Assembly (NCBI RefSeq): GCF_032191835.1
Contig: NC_083236.1
Location: 45,570,001 to 45,634,000 of the forward strand
DNA from: Heteronotia binoei
Lineage: Eukaryota
Direction: 5' to 3'
DNA length: 64,000 bases
In this document: one piece after another, positions 14,031 through 26,571 of the stretch
Numbering within the stretch: position 1 is the stretch's first letter
Layout: every line of letters begins with the position of its first letter
Position numbers and translations under genes: made by a program
The notes under the pieces: model-generated
Databases searched by the model: none
Told to the model about the DNA's origin: nothing
Seen by the model: only the letters and a program-made list of their open reading frames with translations

Positions 14031-14141
14031 CTAAACATTGTGGAGTGCTAGCCTGAAGACTTCATTGGTGCACACCCAGGCACATTGCAAGTTTTTCAAC
14101 AAAAAGGTCTGGTGGAAGCCTAAAATTTGGTCATCATCTGC
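14031..14141 (-). CDS. NUTF2: NUTF2 duplicated alternative last coding exon (paralogous C-terminus)
   Basis: [36 protein letters not shown]; 26/36 residues identical to the canonical exon. Acceptor tttctctcctgttctgctcag, phase 0 like the exon-4 donor, no frameshift or internal stop. Confidence 0.85.
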   Translation of the reverse strand, partial: ADDDQILGFHQTFLLKNLQCAWVCTNEVFRLALHNV

Positions 14142-15733
14142 CTGAGCAGAACAGGAGAGAAACCATTACCAGACAGATACGATCTGAAGTTGCAGAACGC
14201 CACTGCCCTTACTGGACTCTGTTATGAGAAGGGGCCACTGTGTGCATGAAAAGCCCGGATGCTCCTGCACGCGTCCCTGGCAATGTGCACAGACACCTCT
14301 CAGGAGCCTAATCTTAGAGGAGAAGCACTAAAAAGGTAAAGGTAATCCCCTGTGCAAGCAGCAGTCATTTCCAACTTTGGGGTGACGTTGCTTTCACGTT
14401 TTTATGAAAGATTTTTTACAGGGTGGTTTGCCATTGCCTTCCCCAGTCTGTATCAAATTTAAGAGGTCCTGCAGTCACCTCCTAAATCTGAGATAGCTAA
14501 TTTTTCTTTTTTTGTATTTAGAGGCCCCTCTTAGTCTATAGAAGCCCCATGGTGCTTCTATAGTGGTAAGTTGCAGTACCGCCGTCCAAGCTCTACTCAC
14601 AACCAGTGTTCCCTCTAAGCTGAGTGTGAGCTAGCTCACAGCTTTTTAGCTTCCAGTTCACACATTTTTGTCTTCGCTCAGGAAAAATGGCCCCAAAGCA
14701 AACTAATTTATGCATTCACTCACAACTTTTAATGCCAGTAGCTCATGAAGCAGAATTTTTGCCCACAAGACTCCACAGCTTGGAGGGACTATTGCTCATG
14801 ACCTGAGTTCGATCCTGGCGGAAGTTAGGTTCAGGTAGCCAGAACAAGGCTGACTCAGCCCTCCATCCTTCAGAGGTCAGTAAAATGAGTACCCATCTTG
14901 CTGGGGGCAAAGTGTAGATGACTGGGGAAGGCAGTGGCAAACCACCTCGTAAAAGTCTGCCAAGAAAAGGTCGTGATGTGACATCACCCCATGGGTCACA
15001 ATGACTCGGTGCTTGAACAAGGGATTACCTTTACCTTACATAGTCTGAGGTGCTAAACAACTATCACTTACTCAGCTTGCATGTAAATCTGTCTCTGTCT
15101 CCATGAATCTGAATCATGCTCCCTAACACTAGCTTATATAGTTTTGTTTCACCTTGCTAAGTAAAGCTGTTTTTGGAAGACACTATGTGTTGAAAAGTGG
15201 TACATAAAGAACATGACAAATAAGCAAATGCTACTTGTGCTGAGATGGTTATCCTTCCAGTTGCTTCTTTCTCTTCTTTCAACAAAGAGAAAAGTGAGGC
15301 ATTTGGAATGAACGTTTTACTTACTGGGCATTTAAAATGAGCAGTGTAAAAAATTTTTTAAAAAGGCTCTTCCAAAGCCTTCCATGTTCTATCATGGCAG
15401 CTACAAAAGACCACAATTATATACTGAAGCCTAAATGACTTCCTTGTTTCACCCCTGTGAGGCATGAGGATCTTTCCATTCATTCTCATAAGACGTACTA
15501 TAACCTTCAAATAATCCTTCCAAATGCCTCTTTGTCAAAAACATCTGCTTGCAAAAGCCAACTGGGGCAAGAACTCGTCTGAGCAGGAAAAGCGAATCTT
15601 CCTCTCAACCAGGAATTGGCTCTTCCATCACCCATCAGATGTCACTTGCACTGCCAAAACAATGTGCCCTCAACATACAAGTGGTCCTCCAAACAGCGAC
15701 GCACAGGGTTCAGTGGTTTGAGGAAACATTTAC

Positions 15734-15832
15734 CTTAAGCTGTCCAACTACCATACTGAGTATACAGCTGTCGGGTGTGGGCTGATGGTCTTGTGCAGTG
15801 ATGCTGTGCTGTATTTTCTGAAAAGGGAGGCT
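15734..15832 (-). CDS. NUTF2: NUTF2 coding exon (residues 58-90)
   Basis: [33 protein letters not shown]; cag acceptor, gtaaat donor; 99 nt. Confidence 0.97.
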
Positions 15833-16129
15833 CTGTAATGGAGGAAGAGGGGAGAGATAGACTGAGGAATTGGGAAGCATAATTTCTCAGCATTTATTTA
15901 CAGTAAAGAAGTTAGTGGTAAAGTGTAACACACACACACGTAAACATCCCTTTGGAAAAACTCCAAGTCTACTTTTTCTATCTTGGTCTGGTTATTGCTG
16001 GGGAGGGGTTTTCCACTTTTTAAAAACAACAAAATGTTTAGGTGCTCTAGGCAAGAAGTAATGGTATTCAACTACAGGAATGTAAATGCAGGTTAAACAC
16101 TGGGGTGTACTACGCTAACAAACCAGTCG

Positions 16130-17172
16130 TCCACACCATGAATCACTATGGTGCAGACAAGACATTAAGGCTGGAAAACAGGGGGTTTAAAAAGTGAATT
16201 TTAACAGGGATAAATGTAATATCTGCATTTAAGTAGGAAAAATCAAATGCATAATTATAGGATAAGGAAGCTTGTCTTGGCAGTAGTACGTGCAAAAAGG
16301 TTCTAGGGGGTCTTAGTGGACCATAAACTGAACATGAGCAGCAGTGTGATGTGGTAGCTAAAAAAGTAAATTTGGGCTGTATCAACAGAAGTATAGTGTC
16401 TAGATCACACCAAGTGATGGTATCACTGTACTCTGATCTGGTTAGATCTCACCTAGAGTACTGTGTTTAGTTTTGGACACTACAATTAAAGAAGGATATA
16501 GACAAGCTGGAATGTTTCCAGAGGAGGGCAACGAAGATGGTGAGACCAAGTCCTATGAGGAAAGGTTGAAGGAACTGAGTATGTTTAACCTGGAGAGGAG
16601 ATGACTTGAGAGGTGATACGATCACCATCTTCAAGTACTTGAAGCACTGTCATATACAGGATGGTGCAGAATTGTTTTCTGTTGCCCCAGAAGGTAGGAA
16701 CAGAACCAACAGATTGAAATCAAATCAAAAGAGTTTCCAGCTAAACATTAGGAAGAACTTCCTGACAGAGGGGTCCCTCAGTGGAACAGGCTTCCTTGGG
16801 AGTTGGTGGACTCTCCTTTGGAGGTTTTTGAAAAAAAGAGGCTAGATGGCCATCTGACAGCAATGCTGATTCTGTGAATAGACAGATCATGAGAAGGAGG
16901 GAAGGAAGGGTTGCATCAGTGCTTAGTTCTCATGGCCCTTTCTTATCTGCTCAGGGAAATACTGATTGTCACTTTGAGGACAGGAAGCAATTTTTCTCCA
17001 GGCCAGTTAGCCCAAGGTTCCTGGAGATTTTTTGCCATTTTCTGGGCATGGAATAGGGGTCACTGAGTGTGTGTGTGTGGCGGGGGGGGGAAGGTACTTG
17101 TGAATTTCCTGCATTGTGCAGGGGGTTGAACTAGATGACCCTAGTGATCCCTTCCAACTCTATGATTCTCTG
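16130..17172 (+). mobile_element. CR1 3' fragment; other CR1 3' fragments about 18750-19210(-), 34235-34830, 36930-37270, 46960-47330(-)
   Basis: Degenerate RT C-terminus (LEYCV.FW, RGDTITIFKYLK) and TTCCAACTCTATGATTCT 3' end. Confidence 0.8.
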
Positions 17173-17414
17173 ATTCCATGTGACCAAGTGTTTCTACAGC
17201 AAATGTTTTGCTGATGAACTGTGTGCTGGGTTTCACCATGTACCACTCTTAGAGCCACTGGAATCAAATGCCCTTAAGAGCTTTAACACCGCTTGGTTGT
17301 GGCTTAAATATTTAGCTATCAAACAGTCATGCCTGTGTCTCAGAGACAGCAGCAGTAGGCTTTGGAAAGCATGTTGTGATGAACCCTGGAAATTTAAATC
17401 CTTACAAATCCTCC

Positions 17415-17640
17415 TGCCCTGACCTGGATTGAGCAAGGTAGTCCAACCTTGTCAGATCCTGGAAGCTCAGCAGGGTCAGCCCTGGTTAGTACTTGGATGG
17501 GAGACCATCAAGGAAGTCCAGGGCTGCTATACACAAGTCAGGCAGTGGCCAACCATCTCTGTTTGTCTCTTGCCTTGAAAACCCCATGGGATCACCATAA
17601 GCCAGCTGCAACTAGACCACACTTTCCACCACCACCACCC
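17415..17640 (+). mobile_element. 5S rRNA-derived SINE; also about 40068-40262, 53890-54110
   Basis: Degenerate 5S core GGAAGCTNAGCAGGGTC...CTGGTTAGTACTTGGATGGGAGACC followed by a non-5S tail. Confidence 0.75.
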
Positions 17641-18156
17641 AAAACATCTATCCACTCGGCTGCTTTAAACCAGCATGTGCAAAGCATTCTGACAGTGATT
17701 CATTGTTCCCTCCCAAACTGAAATCAGCATTGCAAGATACTGTGCTGGTACACTGCCCTTCTCAGCCACAATATGGATGTAAACAGGGTGCAAGTCCCAT
17801 TAATTTAAATAGGACTTTCCTCTTAGTAAATATGCTTACCAGGGCTTTATCTGAGCAGGAACGCAGTTCCAGCTGGCTTGCCGTCGGGGGTGTGGCCTAA
17901 TATGCAAATAAGTTCCCGATGGGCTTTTTCAACAAAAAAGGTCCTGATGCTTAAGATCACTGGACATTGTTTCAGCCATTAGATTTCAGCCATTGTTTCA
18001 GATCAGACGCATAACCAACACAGCATACCTTGTAATGGATTTGCTCCGATTACCTCCCCAGAAATACCAAAATTAAAACCAAAAAACTGTTTTGCATAGA
18101 GTCGCAAGTCATTTCAGGGGGTAGTGCGTGAAGCTATTAATATGGGAGACACTCAC

Positions 18157-18228
18157 GGAGAGTTTTTCAACAATAGCTGCTTTGCCCTGAAATTGTTGTC
18201 CTTCCCACGTAAGGCATGAGGCGTCTAT
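18157..18228 (-). CDS. NUTF2: NUTF2 coding exon (residues 34-57)
   Basis: [24 protein letters not shown]; cag acceptor, gtgagt donor; 72 nt. Confidence 0.97.
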
Positions 18229-20461
18229 CTGTAATAATGAAAGAGACATGTGGTCATAAGTCTGCTTGGGAAAGGGAGAGGTCCTTTACACAAAATGACA
18301 ATTATCAGACTACAGTTCTTCACACGCTGGCAAATTGACTGAGAAGCAAGACCGAACCACGTTGGGAGGGCATAGGAAAGCATCAAATGGCTTGAGGGAT
18401 GGAATTCCTCCTACCCAAGACAACTACCCAGTTGTAGTCCTGCAAGTGTCATACTTTTCTCTTCTTTCATTTCAGGCTGGCTGTCTCACACCCTTGCTTG
18501 GGTCAAAGTAATACAATTGTGTCACTGAATATTTCCTCCCTGTTTTTTTTCTCAGATCTGAGCACTTATGCACCGACTAGCAGCTTTTGGGCCAAATCTA
18601 GCTCTCTTAAGGGTGCTGCTCCCCCTACCCCCATGCCATTTATCAAACAAGTGGCAAAAACAATGGAGAAAACAGTATCTGTGAAAACAGATATGGCTGG
18701 CTGCCTTGAAAAACATGGTATTATAAACCTTGCCAATATTAAAGCCATAAGAACATAAGAGAAGCCATGTTGGATCAGGCCAATGGCCCATCCAGTCCAA
18801 CACTCTGTCACACAATGACCAACAAAACCCAGGTGCCATCAGGAGGTCCACTAGTGAGGCCAGGACACTAAAAGCCCTCTCACTGTTGCCCCCTCCAAGC
18901 ACCAAGAATACAGGGCATCACTTGCCTCAGACAGAGAGTTCCATCTGTACCTTGTGGCTAATAGCCACTGATGGACCCCTGTTCCATATGTTTAGCCAAT
19001 CCCCTCTTGAAGCTGGCAATACTTGTAGCTGCCACCACCTCCTGTGGCAGTGAATTCCATGTATTAATCACCCTTTGGGTGAAGAAGTACTTCCTTTTAT
19101 CCATTCTAACCTGACCAGCAATTTCATAGAGTGCCCATGAGTTCTTATATTGTGAGAAAGGGAGAAGAGTACTTTTTTCTCTACCTTCTCTATCCTATGC
19201 ATAGTCTTGTAAAAGACAAGCTACTTAAATTTATACCACAAATTACAGTATTAAATGAAACATACTGGGGACGAAGATACCAAAACAATGAACTAAGAAG
19301 GGCCCCGAAGTCTGTAACATAACCGATTCACCAAATGATCAGTCAACCACCAACCTGATTACACCCATTCCGCTGGCTTCCCTAGTAAAGCATTCACCAT
19401 AAGAGCTCCCCTCCCCCTTTTAAAGGCAGCTGCTGAGATCCTTCTTTCCCACAAATTTTTTACAACGCAGATGCCAATTGTCATTCATCACCAACAGAAA
19501 AAGCACACCAATTGTTCTAAGCAGCTGCGATTCACCTCTTAGCCTTGCTTTTCCAGATTTTTAAAATTTTATTTACAATCTCCACACCAGCTGGTACTTA
19601 AAAGTATTCACTGACGAAGCGTCAGATGCTCTGCTGTGAGTGGAATGTTGCAAGTAGTATCAGGAAGTCTTCTATCTTCAGGCGCGCAGCCTGATGAGCT
19701 TAGCAATCTCCCACACATTTCGAGAACCATCAAAAAAATTTTGAGAACAGGGTGCCTTTTTAAAATCCTCTCCAGGAAACTGCTGTCAAGTTAAGTCAGA
19801 CTCTCCTATCCTGCTCCCTAGCTCTCTGCACTCTGGGCTGCTCAAAGCTCTGCGAAGACACCTCCCTTTATTCAACACACAGCTTTATGGCTCAGTTGGC
19901 AGCACCTCCCAGGAGCAAAACATAAATGCTTTAAGCCATCAGTTCTAAACTTCTTGAAGTGGGACTCGCAAAATTTATTCCACCTTTTCAGGACCTACTT
20001 GGATCTCAGCTAAGACAGCCACCGGTCCCCAAAGCAACAGGTACAAATTATGCCAGTCGCTTCCCATGCCAGTGGCAGCCGGGAGGGAGCAGGCTGAACT
20101 CCTGCAGACTGGCAGTGCCACAAGCAAGGGGCTTGACTTAGACTGACGCGTGGCAGTGTGAGTCAGGAGATGACTGCAGGTTATGCCTCCTGCACCGCAA
20201 ATGGTGCCATCTGATCCCTTGGGAAATGAGTGGTATCCACAGGGGAAAGAAGAGCAGAAGACAACAATGGGGGCACCTCTGCCCCCTCTTCTTCTTCCAC
20301 CCCAGCAAGCTTGCAAAAAAAAAAAAACTCTTGCAAGATGTTGAGCCTCATGGTGCAGTTCTGAGCTACAATCACAGGTGCAGAACCACGGCTTAAGACC
20401 AAACAGCTAAAACTCTTCTTTGTGGAATTGCTTAGGATCTTTGGAGTTGAATCCAAAGGTA

Positions 20462-21154
20462 CCGTATTTTTCGGACCATAAGACGCACTCCCCCCCCCCA
20501 AAAAAAGTGTGTGTGGGGGGGAAGTGTGTGCGTCTTATGGAGCGAAGGTACGTATCTTCTGGGGGGGGCAATCCGCTGCCTCTGCCTCCGATCCAGCGCT
20601 TCCCCCGCACCTCCCTGCCTGGCTCCATCCTCTTCCAGCAAGCGCTGGGATCGCTCCACATGGCCCCACCGCAAACCCAGCACTTCGCGAGCGCCGGCTG
20701 TGGAGATGGCAGCGTGCTTCCTCCTTGTCTGTCTGCCTGGCTCCACCTCTGATGCTTAAAGCAAGCGCTGGGATCGCTCCCTCCGCCCCCCAATCCCAGC
20801 GCTTGCTTTAAGCATCACAGCTGAAGCCAGGCACACAGGCAAGGAGGAAGCACCCGCCCCCTCCGCAAACCCAGTGCTTCGTAAGCATCAGAGGTGGAGC
20901 CAGGCAGACAGACAAGGAGGAAGCACGCTGCCCTCTCCACAGCCAGCGCTCGCGAAGCGCTGGGTTTGCGGTGGGGCCCCGCTTGCTGGAAGAAGATGGA
21001 GCCAGGCAGGGAGGCGCGGTGGAAGCGCCGGATCGAAGGCAGAGGCAGCGGATCCCCCCCCAGAAGGTACGTACCTTCGCTCCATAAGACGCACACACTT
21101 TCCCCCCCACTTTTTTTTGGGGGGGGAGTGCATCTTATGGTCCGAAAAATACGG
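20462..21154. mobile_element. Foldback Tc2/pogo-type MITE
   Basis: TIR CCGTATTTTTCGGACCATAAGA at both ends with TA flanks; arms of about 290 bp; inner perfect 25-bp hairpin at 20750-20817. Confidence 0.85.
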
Positions 21155-21493
21155 TACCTTTGGATTCAACTCCAAAGATCCTAAGCAATTCCACAAAGAC
21201 TTGCACAGAAAACAGCCGATTCTGTGTCTGAACAAGAAAAGTTTATGTATAAGTGCTGCAGATATTAGGGGGGGACACATTCAGTCTTGCTTGTACTTCC
21301 ACTGTTGCAGGTAACAGGTTGATCTTTCTGGCCTCCTTCCAAAATAAAGCATTGTTGGGGGGGCTTACTGACCTGTCTACTTTCATTCTTTCCCAAGGAA
21401 ACAGAGAAGTGCTGATGCATTTGTGGAAAAAAGAAGAACCAGTGAGCAATCGTTCGAAAGAGCCAAAGAAATCTCATCCCAGAAACTACTTAC

Positions 21494-21592
21494 ATATATT
21501 GCTCCTAATTGAGTCCTGTCTGTATCAAATAACTGGTAGTAATGCTGTACAAAGCTAGAACCAATCTGCTCCCAAATGGGCTTGTCTCCCAT
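21494..21592 (-). CDS. NUTF2: NUTF2 first coding exon (residues 1-33); exon starts at about 21618 with 5'UTR
   Basis: [33 protein letters not shown] then gtaag donor; upstream acceptor cttttcctttatttcag. Confidence 0.97.
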
Positions 21593-22776
21593 TCTGAATC
21601 CTCAGCTGGAGCCAGCAACTGAAATAAAGGAAAAGAGCAGTGAGAATGGACAGATGAGACAATGGGGTCCCATGACAACACAATGGAGCTGTCCAGGTTT
21701 TCAGTTCGCTATAACCCTTTCCCCCTGCAGGAGATTTGAGCATCAGGAGCGGCAGAGAACTTTCTCCAGCTCGCATTGCTGCACTGAAGCCACTCGACTG
21801 CAGCTTGTTTAAAGACACTGGTATTTAGGTACTCTTGATGCCGTGGCACTGATGAGCGTAATATCCAATAGCACTAAGATGATGACTCTTTTGCTCCATG
21901 TCAGGTCTCCTTATGAGCATTTTAAGCCAAATTCTGCTTTCTAGAAGTCAAACTCAGAATCTAGGGCTGAATCACTCTGGATGCAATGCAGATATCCCTC
22001 CCGCTCAATATTGTGGGTGAGTGTAAGCTGGTGTTTTCTGTCTCTCTCTTTGAGAAAAGGCTAACTGGTTTGTATAGTGAGTTATTGGCTAGTCTTGTAT
22101 TGCAATAGGAGAAGCCACGACGCAGTGAATTGCAGAGAAAGAGCCTTTGGCTGAGGAAGGTTTTGTGACACCAAAACTGGACCCTTTGGACTTTTGGCTT
22201 ATCATCTTTTGGCTTCTTGCTAATTGAAGATACCAGCTGAGGACTACACCTTGGGTTTAAGTCTACAAATACCCACACTGGACATATAGACGTTCCAGCA
22301 TTAAAACTTTTTTGAGAGACTTCTGAAACGTATTGAATGGATTTGGGCATTTATGCCTTTATTATATTTTGTTAATAGAGATTTTGTACAGTGCCACACA
22401 GTCTGCTTTATTCTTTGCCATCTCATTAACCGTGTTTCTTCCTGGTTTAGCTCTGAAGCTGGGACAGACTGCCAACACTGGCCCATGTCATGAAGATACC
22501 ACACAATGCTCGCAGCTTTTTATCTTTTGCCTGGAAAGGCTCATAGCTTTTAGGGCCAAGGAAGATAAGAAAGCAAGAACACACAAGCAACTGCCATAAT
22601 GATGTCCTGGTTTCCATTTTTTACTGTCACCCTATATGCACAAGAGCAGCTGTGCTGAGCAAAGCAGTGTACTGCCCTAGAAACAGTAAAGTGGGGGGAG
22701 ATAAAGGGGAGCAGGAGGTAAGTACCAAGGTTGGTCTTTGGTGTACAAACAGGTAAGATGGGACATGACTTCACAC

Positions 22777-22971
22777 CAGTGTTCCCTTTAAGCTGAGTTA
22801 GTGTGAGCTACCTCACTGGTTTTTTAGCCTCTGGCTCACACATTTTTGTCTTAGCTCAGGAAAAATGGCCCCAGAGCAAACTAATTTATGCAGCAGCTCA
22901 TAGTTTTAAGGCCAGTAGCTCTTGAAGTAGAATTTTTGCTCACAAGACTCCACAGCTTAGAGGGAGAATTG
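22777..22971. mobile_element. hAT MITE family B (about 190 bp, TIR CAGTGTTCCCTCTAAGCTG); other copies 14604-14794, 34365-34558, 49245-49437, 54199-54394
   Basis: Perfect 8-bp TSDs: cttcacac here, gttgcatc at 34365, ctggagag at 54199. Confidence 0.9.
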
Positions 22972-23089
22972 CTTCACACTGGCAGAAGCAGCATTGGCAG
23001 CTCCTGCGGCTTTGCACAACAGCATATATCTAAATGTACAAGACATGGGAAATCCCAGTGACCTCAGAGGTAGCTGTGACTCAGCAAGG

Positions 23090-23290
23090 AGGGGCTGTGG
23101 CTCAGTGGAAGAGCCTCTGCTTTGCGTGCAGAAGGTCCCAGATTCAACATTCAGCATCTCCAGTTGAAACAACCAGGCTATAGGTGATATAAAAGACCTT
23201 TGCCGGAGACCTTGAAGAGCCAGTGACAGTCTGAGTAGACAGCACTGACTGTGATAGACTGATGGTCGGATTCAGCATAAGGCGGTTTCA
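23090..23290 (+). mobile_element. Second tRNA-derived SINE family; also about 7400-7600(-), 48050-48260(-)
   Basis: GGGGCTGTGGCTCAGTGG...AGGTCCCAGATTCAA head, shared body GTGAAAGACCT. Confidence 0.7.
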
Positions 23291-25406
23291 TGTGTGTAGT
23301 TATTACCTCAGTTGTAAGAGATGAAAACTGATACGGATACATAACTTGGCATGAACAGACTGGGAGCAGCAATGTCCCTACAAGGAAGCTTCCAGACAAA
23401 ACTGTTGCAAAGAGTGAGGATGAACCAAGTGTTCTTGTTGAGGACCCAGAAAACAGAAATCCATATTAAAGTGTAAGTGGAGCATTAAAGCTGTTAAATT
23501 GCCCTATCTGAAGATCAAAACAGAAGACTATCTGCTCCCTCAAGAAACTAGTACCACCTGCCAGCAACAATATACTCCCTCTCTTCCTTCAAATATCTCT
23601 CCAAAGCCCAATTCTATGAAGCATTTGGAATACTTTTAGTTCTCCTCTAAAGGCATAGAAGATCTAAACATGCACACATCCCCCCCTCAGTGAAGAACCT
23701 TTTTCTTAAAGGAAAACTTTTAGATTTTGGGGAGTCCTGAATAAGAATTTTTGGGGACTGAACAAAATGCTATTTTAAAACAAGATATTACCTCAGATGT
23801 AAAGTATGGTCATTCTGATGTAGGACAATCTATAGCAGGATAATTCCTATGTGCACTGTAGACAGATACCACTTATTTTCAAAGATATGTTTCAGGGATT
23901 GGGAATGAAGTCCCCCACCCATTACTTTAAAATTTCCAGATAGGTCACATCTCTGTCCTTGTCTCCTACTGAAACGAGGCCCAAATAAATGCTGCTTAAC
24001 TGAATGCACAGTTTTCCTCTTTACTGTTCTCTTCAACTTCCCCAGTCTTTCTGTTGCCTCCCTTTATTTTTGCATTGTAAGGTTCCAGTAGCAGGGACCC
24101 TGTTAGCACAGTTGACATTTTGCAAGCAGTGTGCACACTGACAGAACTATATAAATACATGAAATTAAAACTAAAATTAAATCCGCCTCCCCAAAGAGCA
24201 TTGTAGAAAGGCATGCCTAACTAGCACTGATGGATACTATCAAGCATGCCCTATAAAAGCATCACAGAGCCATCTATGGAACAAGCAGCAAAAGAAAAGT
24301 GTGTGTGTGTGTGTTGGGAGGCCAAACATCTCAGAAGCGCATGCAGAAAGCATCAAGTTAGTTCTAGTGACAATAAACATTTCTCAACAATAGCAGGAAC
24401 AATTCAGAGAACTAAATGCTGAAAGAGAACTCTGGGCAAACAGCTAATCTGCCACAATGTTTTTTTTTTCCTGAGAGTGAATATACACAGCTTGACTCAC
24501 ATGGTCATTTTAATCTGGGATTAATGCGACCATGGAAACATAGTCCGTTCAGAAGGCTGAAAGGGTCTATGAGTTTTGAACGGATGCCTATTCTTTCCTG
24601 TGTCGCACAGAACGCTGTTAGTAAACTATTTGAAATTTCATCCCGGGGGAGCATCCAGTTTCCAGAAACATAGGCAATCAACTACCTCAGCTTTTTCCAG
24701 CCCTGTCACGGATTTCCTTACACTTTCAGTTAAAGTTTGAGACATTAAAAGAACCTGGGACACATCAATCACAATTAGTCTGCAGAGACAATCTTCGGAG
24801 AAGTGTCAGGGAAGATTCTGAACAGACTAAAAACAGGATTCTGGATTAGTAACCAAAGAACAAAAAAGCAGCTGCCCTAAATGAAGCTTTGGCAGCCTGC
24901 AGCTTGAAAGAAAAACACCTCACTGGTCTCTTAACACGCAGTTTGCGGATTTAAATCACTTCTTAAATCAAGGAGGTCCTACTTCATCTTGCTTAATCTA
25001 GGTGCCCAATTATGGCAAAACAGGTGCACGTCCAAGTATTCTCCAATGCTCCACATCTGTTGAACTCTTTCCCTGACAAATTATTTGAAAAGCTCATATT
25101 CCATAACATGTTACAGGAATGGCGAGTTTATCTTTTTTTATTCCAGGTATTTTATCACTAACCTAATGCTACTTGTCCAAAGGTTTCTAGAGAGAAATGA
25201 AAGTTCTAAATAAATTAAAACTTCATAGTAAAAGAAAAAAGAAAAACACCTCAAACACTATTGTTGCTTCTTTGTTACTTGGAAGCAGAAATTTGATTAG
25301 TTTGCAGATTAAGAAAACACCTCCTTTGCTTCAGTTTTCTTTCCCAGAATATGGCTGCCCAAATCTGATGTCTTTGGCAGCACAATCCTAAAAACACTTT
25401 TTTAAA

Positions 25407-25703
25407 AAAGGTAAAGGTAGTCCTCTGTGCAAGCACCAGTCATTTCAAACTCTGGGGTGACGTCGCATCATGACATTTTCATGGCAGACTTTTTTACAGG
25501 GTAGTTTGCCATTGCCTTCCCCAGTCATCTATACTTTCCCCCCAGCAAGCTGGGTACTCATTTTACTGACTTTGGAAGGATGGAAGGCTGAGTCAACCTT
25601 GAGCCAGCTACCTGAACCCAGCTTCTGCCGGGATCAAACTCAGGTCGTGAGCAGAAAGCTCGGACTGCAGTACTGCAGCTTACCACTCTACACCACGGGG
25701 CTC
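25407..25703 (-). mobile_element. Sauria SINE; plus-strand copy 14540-15037 (interrupted by hAT MITE B) and fragment 14330-14450
   Basis: 5' AGGAGCCCCGTGGTG...GTAAGCTGCAGTAC; 3' (ACCTTT)n tail. Confidence 0.85.
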
Positions 25704-26571
25704 CTTCAAAAAAACACTTCCCTGGGAATAAACTCCACTGAACAAGAGACCTTAGCCAATCTGTTTCAGAATCTTCTAATTCTTACCAAAAGGCAGCACT
25801 AGTGCACTAGGTTCCATAAAAAGTGAATTCCAATGCACAAATCTCAAACACAGCAGCATTTCTATATTATTCGGAAAATCAAACAGAGCATTCACAGTTT
25901 CACTGGCACACAAAGCTACATAGTTTCCACAATGATAATTTTCGTTTCAATTATCTATGCCTTTTTGTTCTACTCCCTTTAGGACAGCACTTATCTTCAT
26001 ATTTCATGCCCCTGTGGAGCAGGTAAGCGGCTCTCTCTTTTCAGCATTCCGTTCATCCTCTTCCTCGTGCACTCCTTTTAACGTAAACAGCATAGGCAGC
26101 CATGTTCAGTGCCACATGGGCATTAGGCGGCACTCAAGCTTAATGCTGCCTTGAACCAGCTGTGAAAGTATACAATGGAAGCCACTGTTCAGGGAACCCT
26201 TGAGACCTAAATGAAGAAGGCTTGGAAGAATGCAGCCTTTCCTTAATGCAAAGCTATTTCAGTTAAGATCATCTTGGCTGTTCCCAGTGCAAAGGCTGGG
26301 TTGAAATACATCTGCGAGGTCTGTACAGCTTCAATATGTCACAACAAAGCATGACACTTTGGAATTTCACCAGCATCTTGCAAATAATCCTCACAGAACA
26401 GTACTAGTTGTAGCACTTTATTAGCACGGCTGCCCTCACATGCCTATGTTTTTATGTATTGATTTTAGATATTCAGATCCCGCTTTTCCCCCCCAATGGG
26501 GACCCAAAGCAGCTTACGATATAATTCTCTCCTTCTCCACTTTATCTTATGCACAACTCTGTGAGGTAGAT

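Noticed and set aside
17415-17540. 5S rRNA-like and tRNA-like sequences
   Set aside because: Degenerate SINE heads fused to tails, not functional RNA genes.
19410-19492. Possible intronic C/D snoRNA (GTGATGA on the minus strand)
   Set aside because: No CTGA box D or terminal stem at a suitable distance.
20407-21314. Mirror-image ORFs on both strands
   Set aside because: A consequence of the palindromic MITE.
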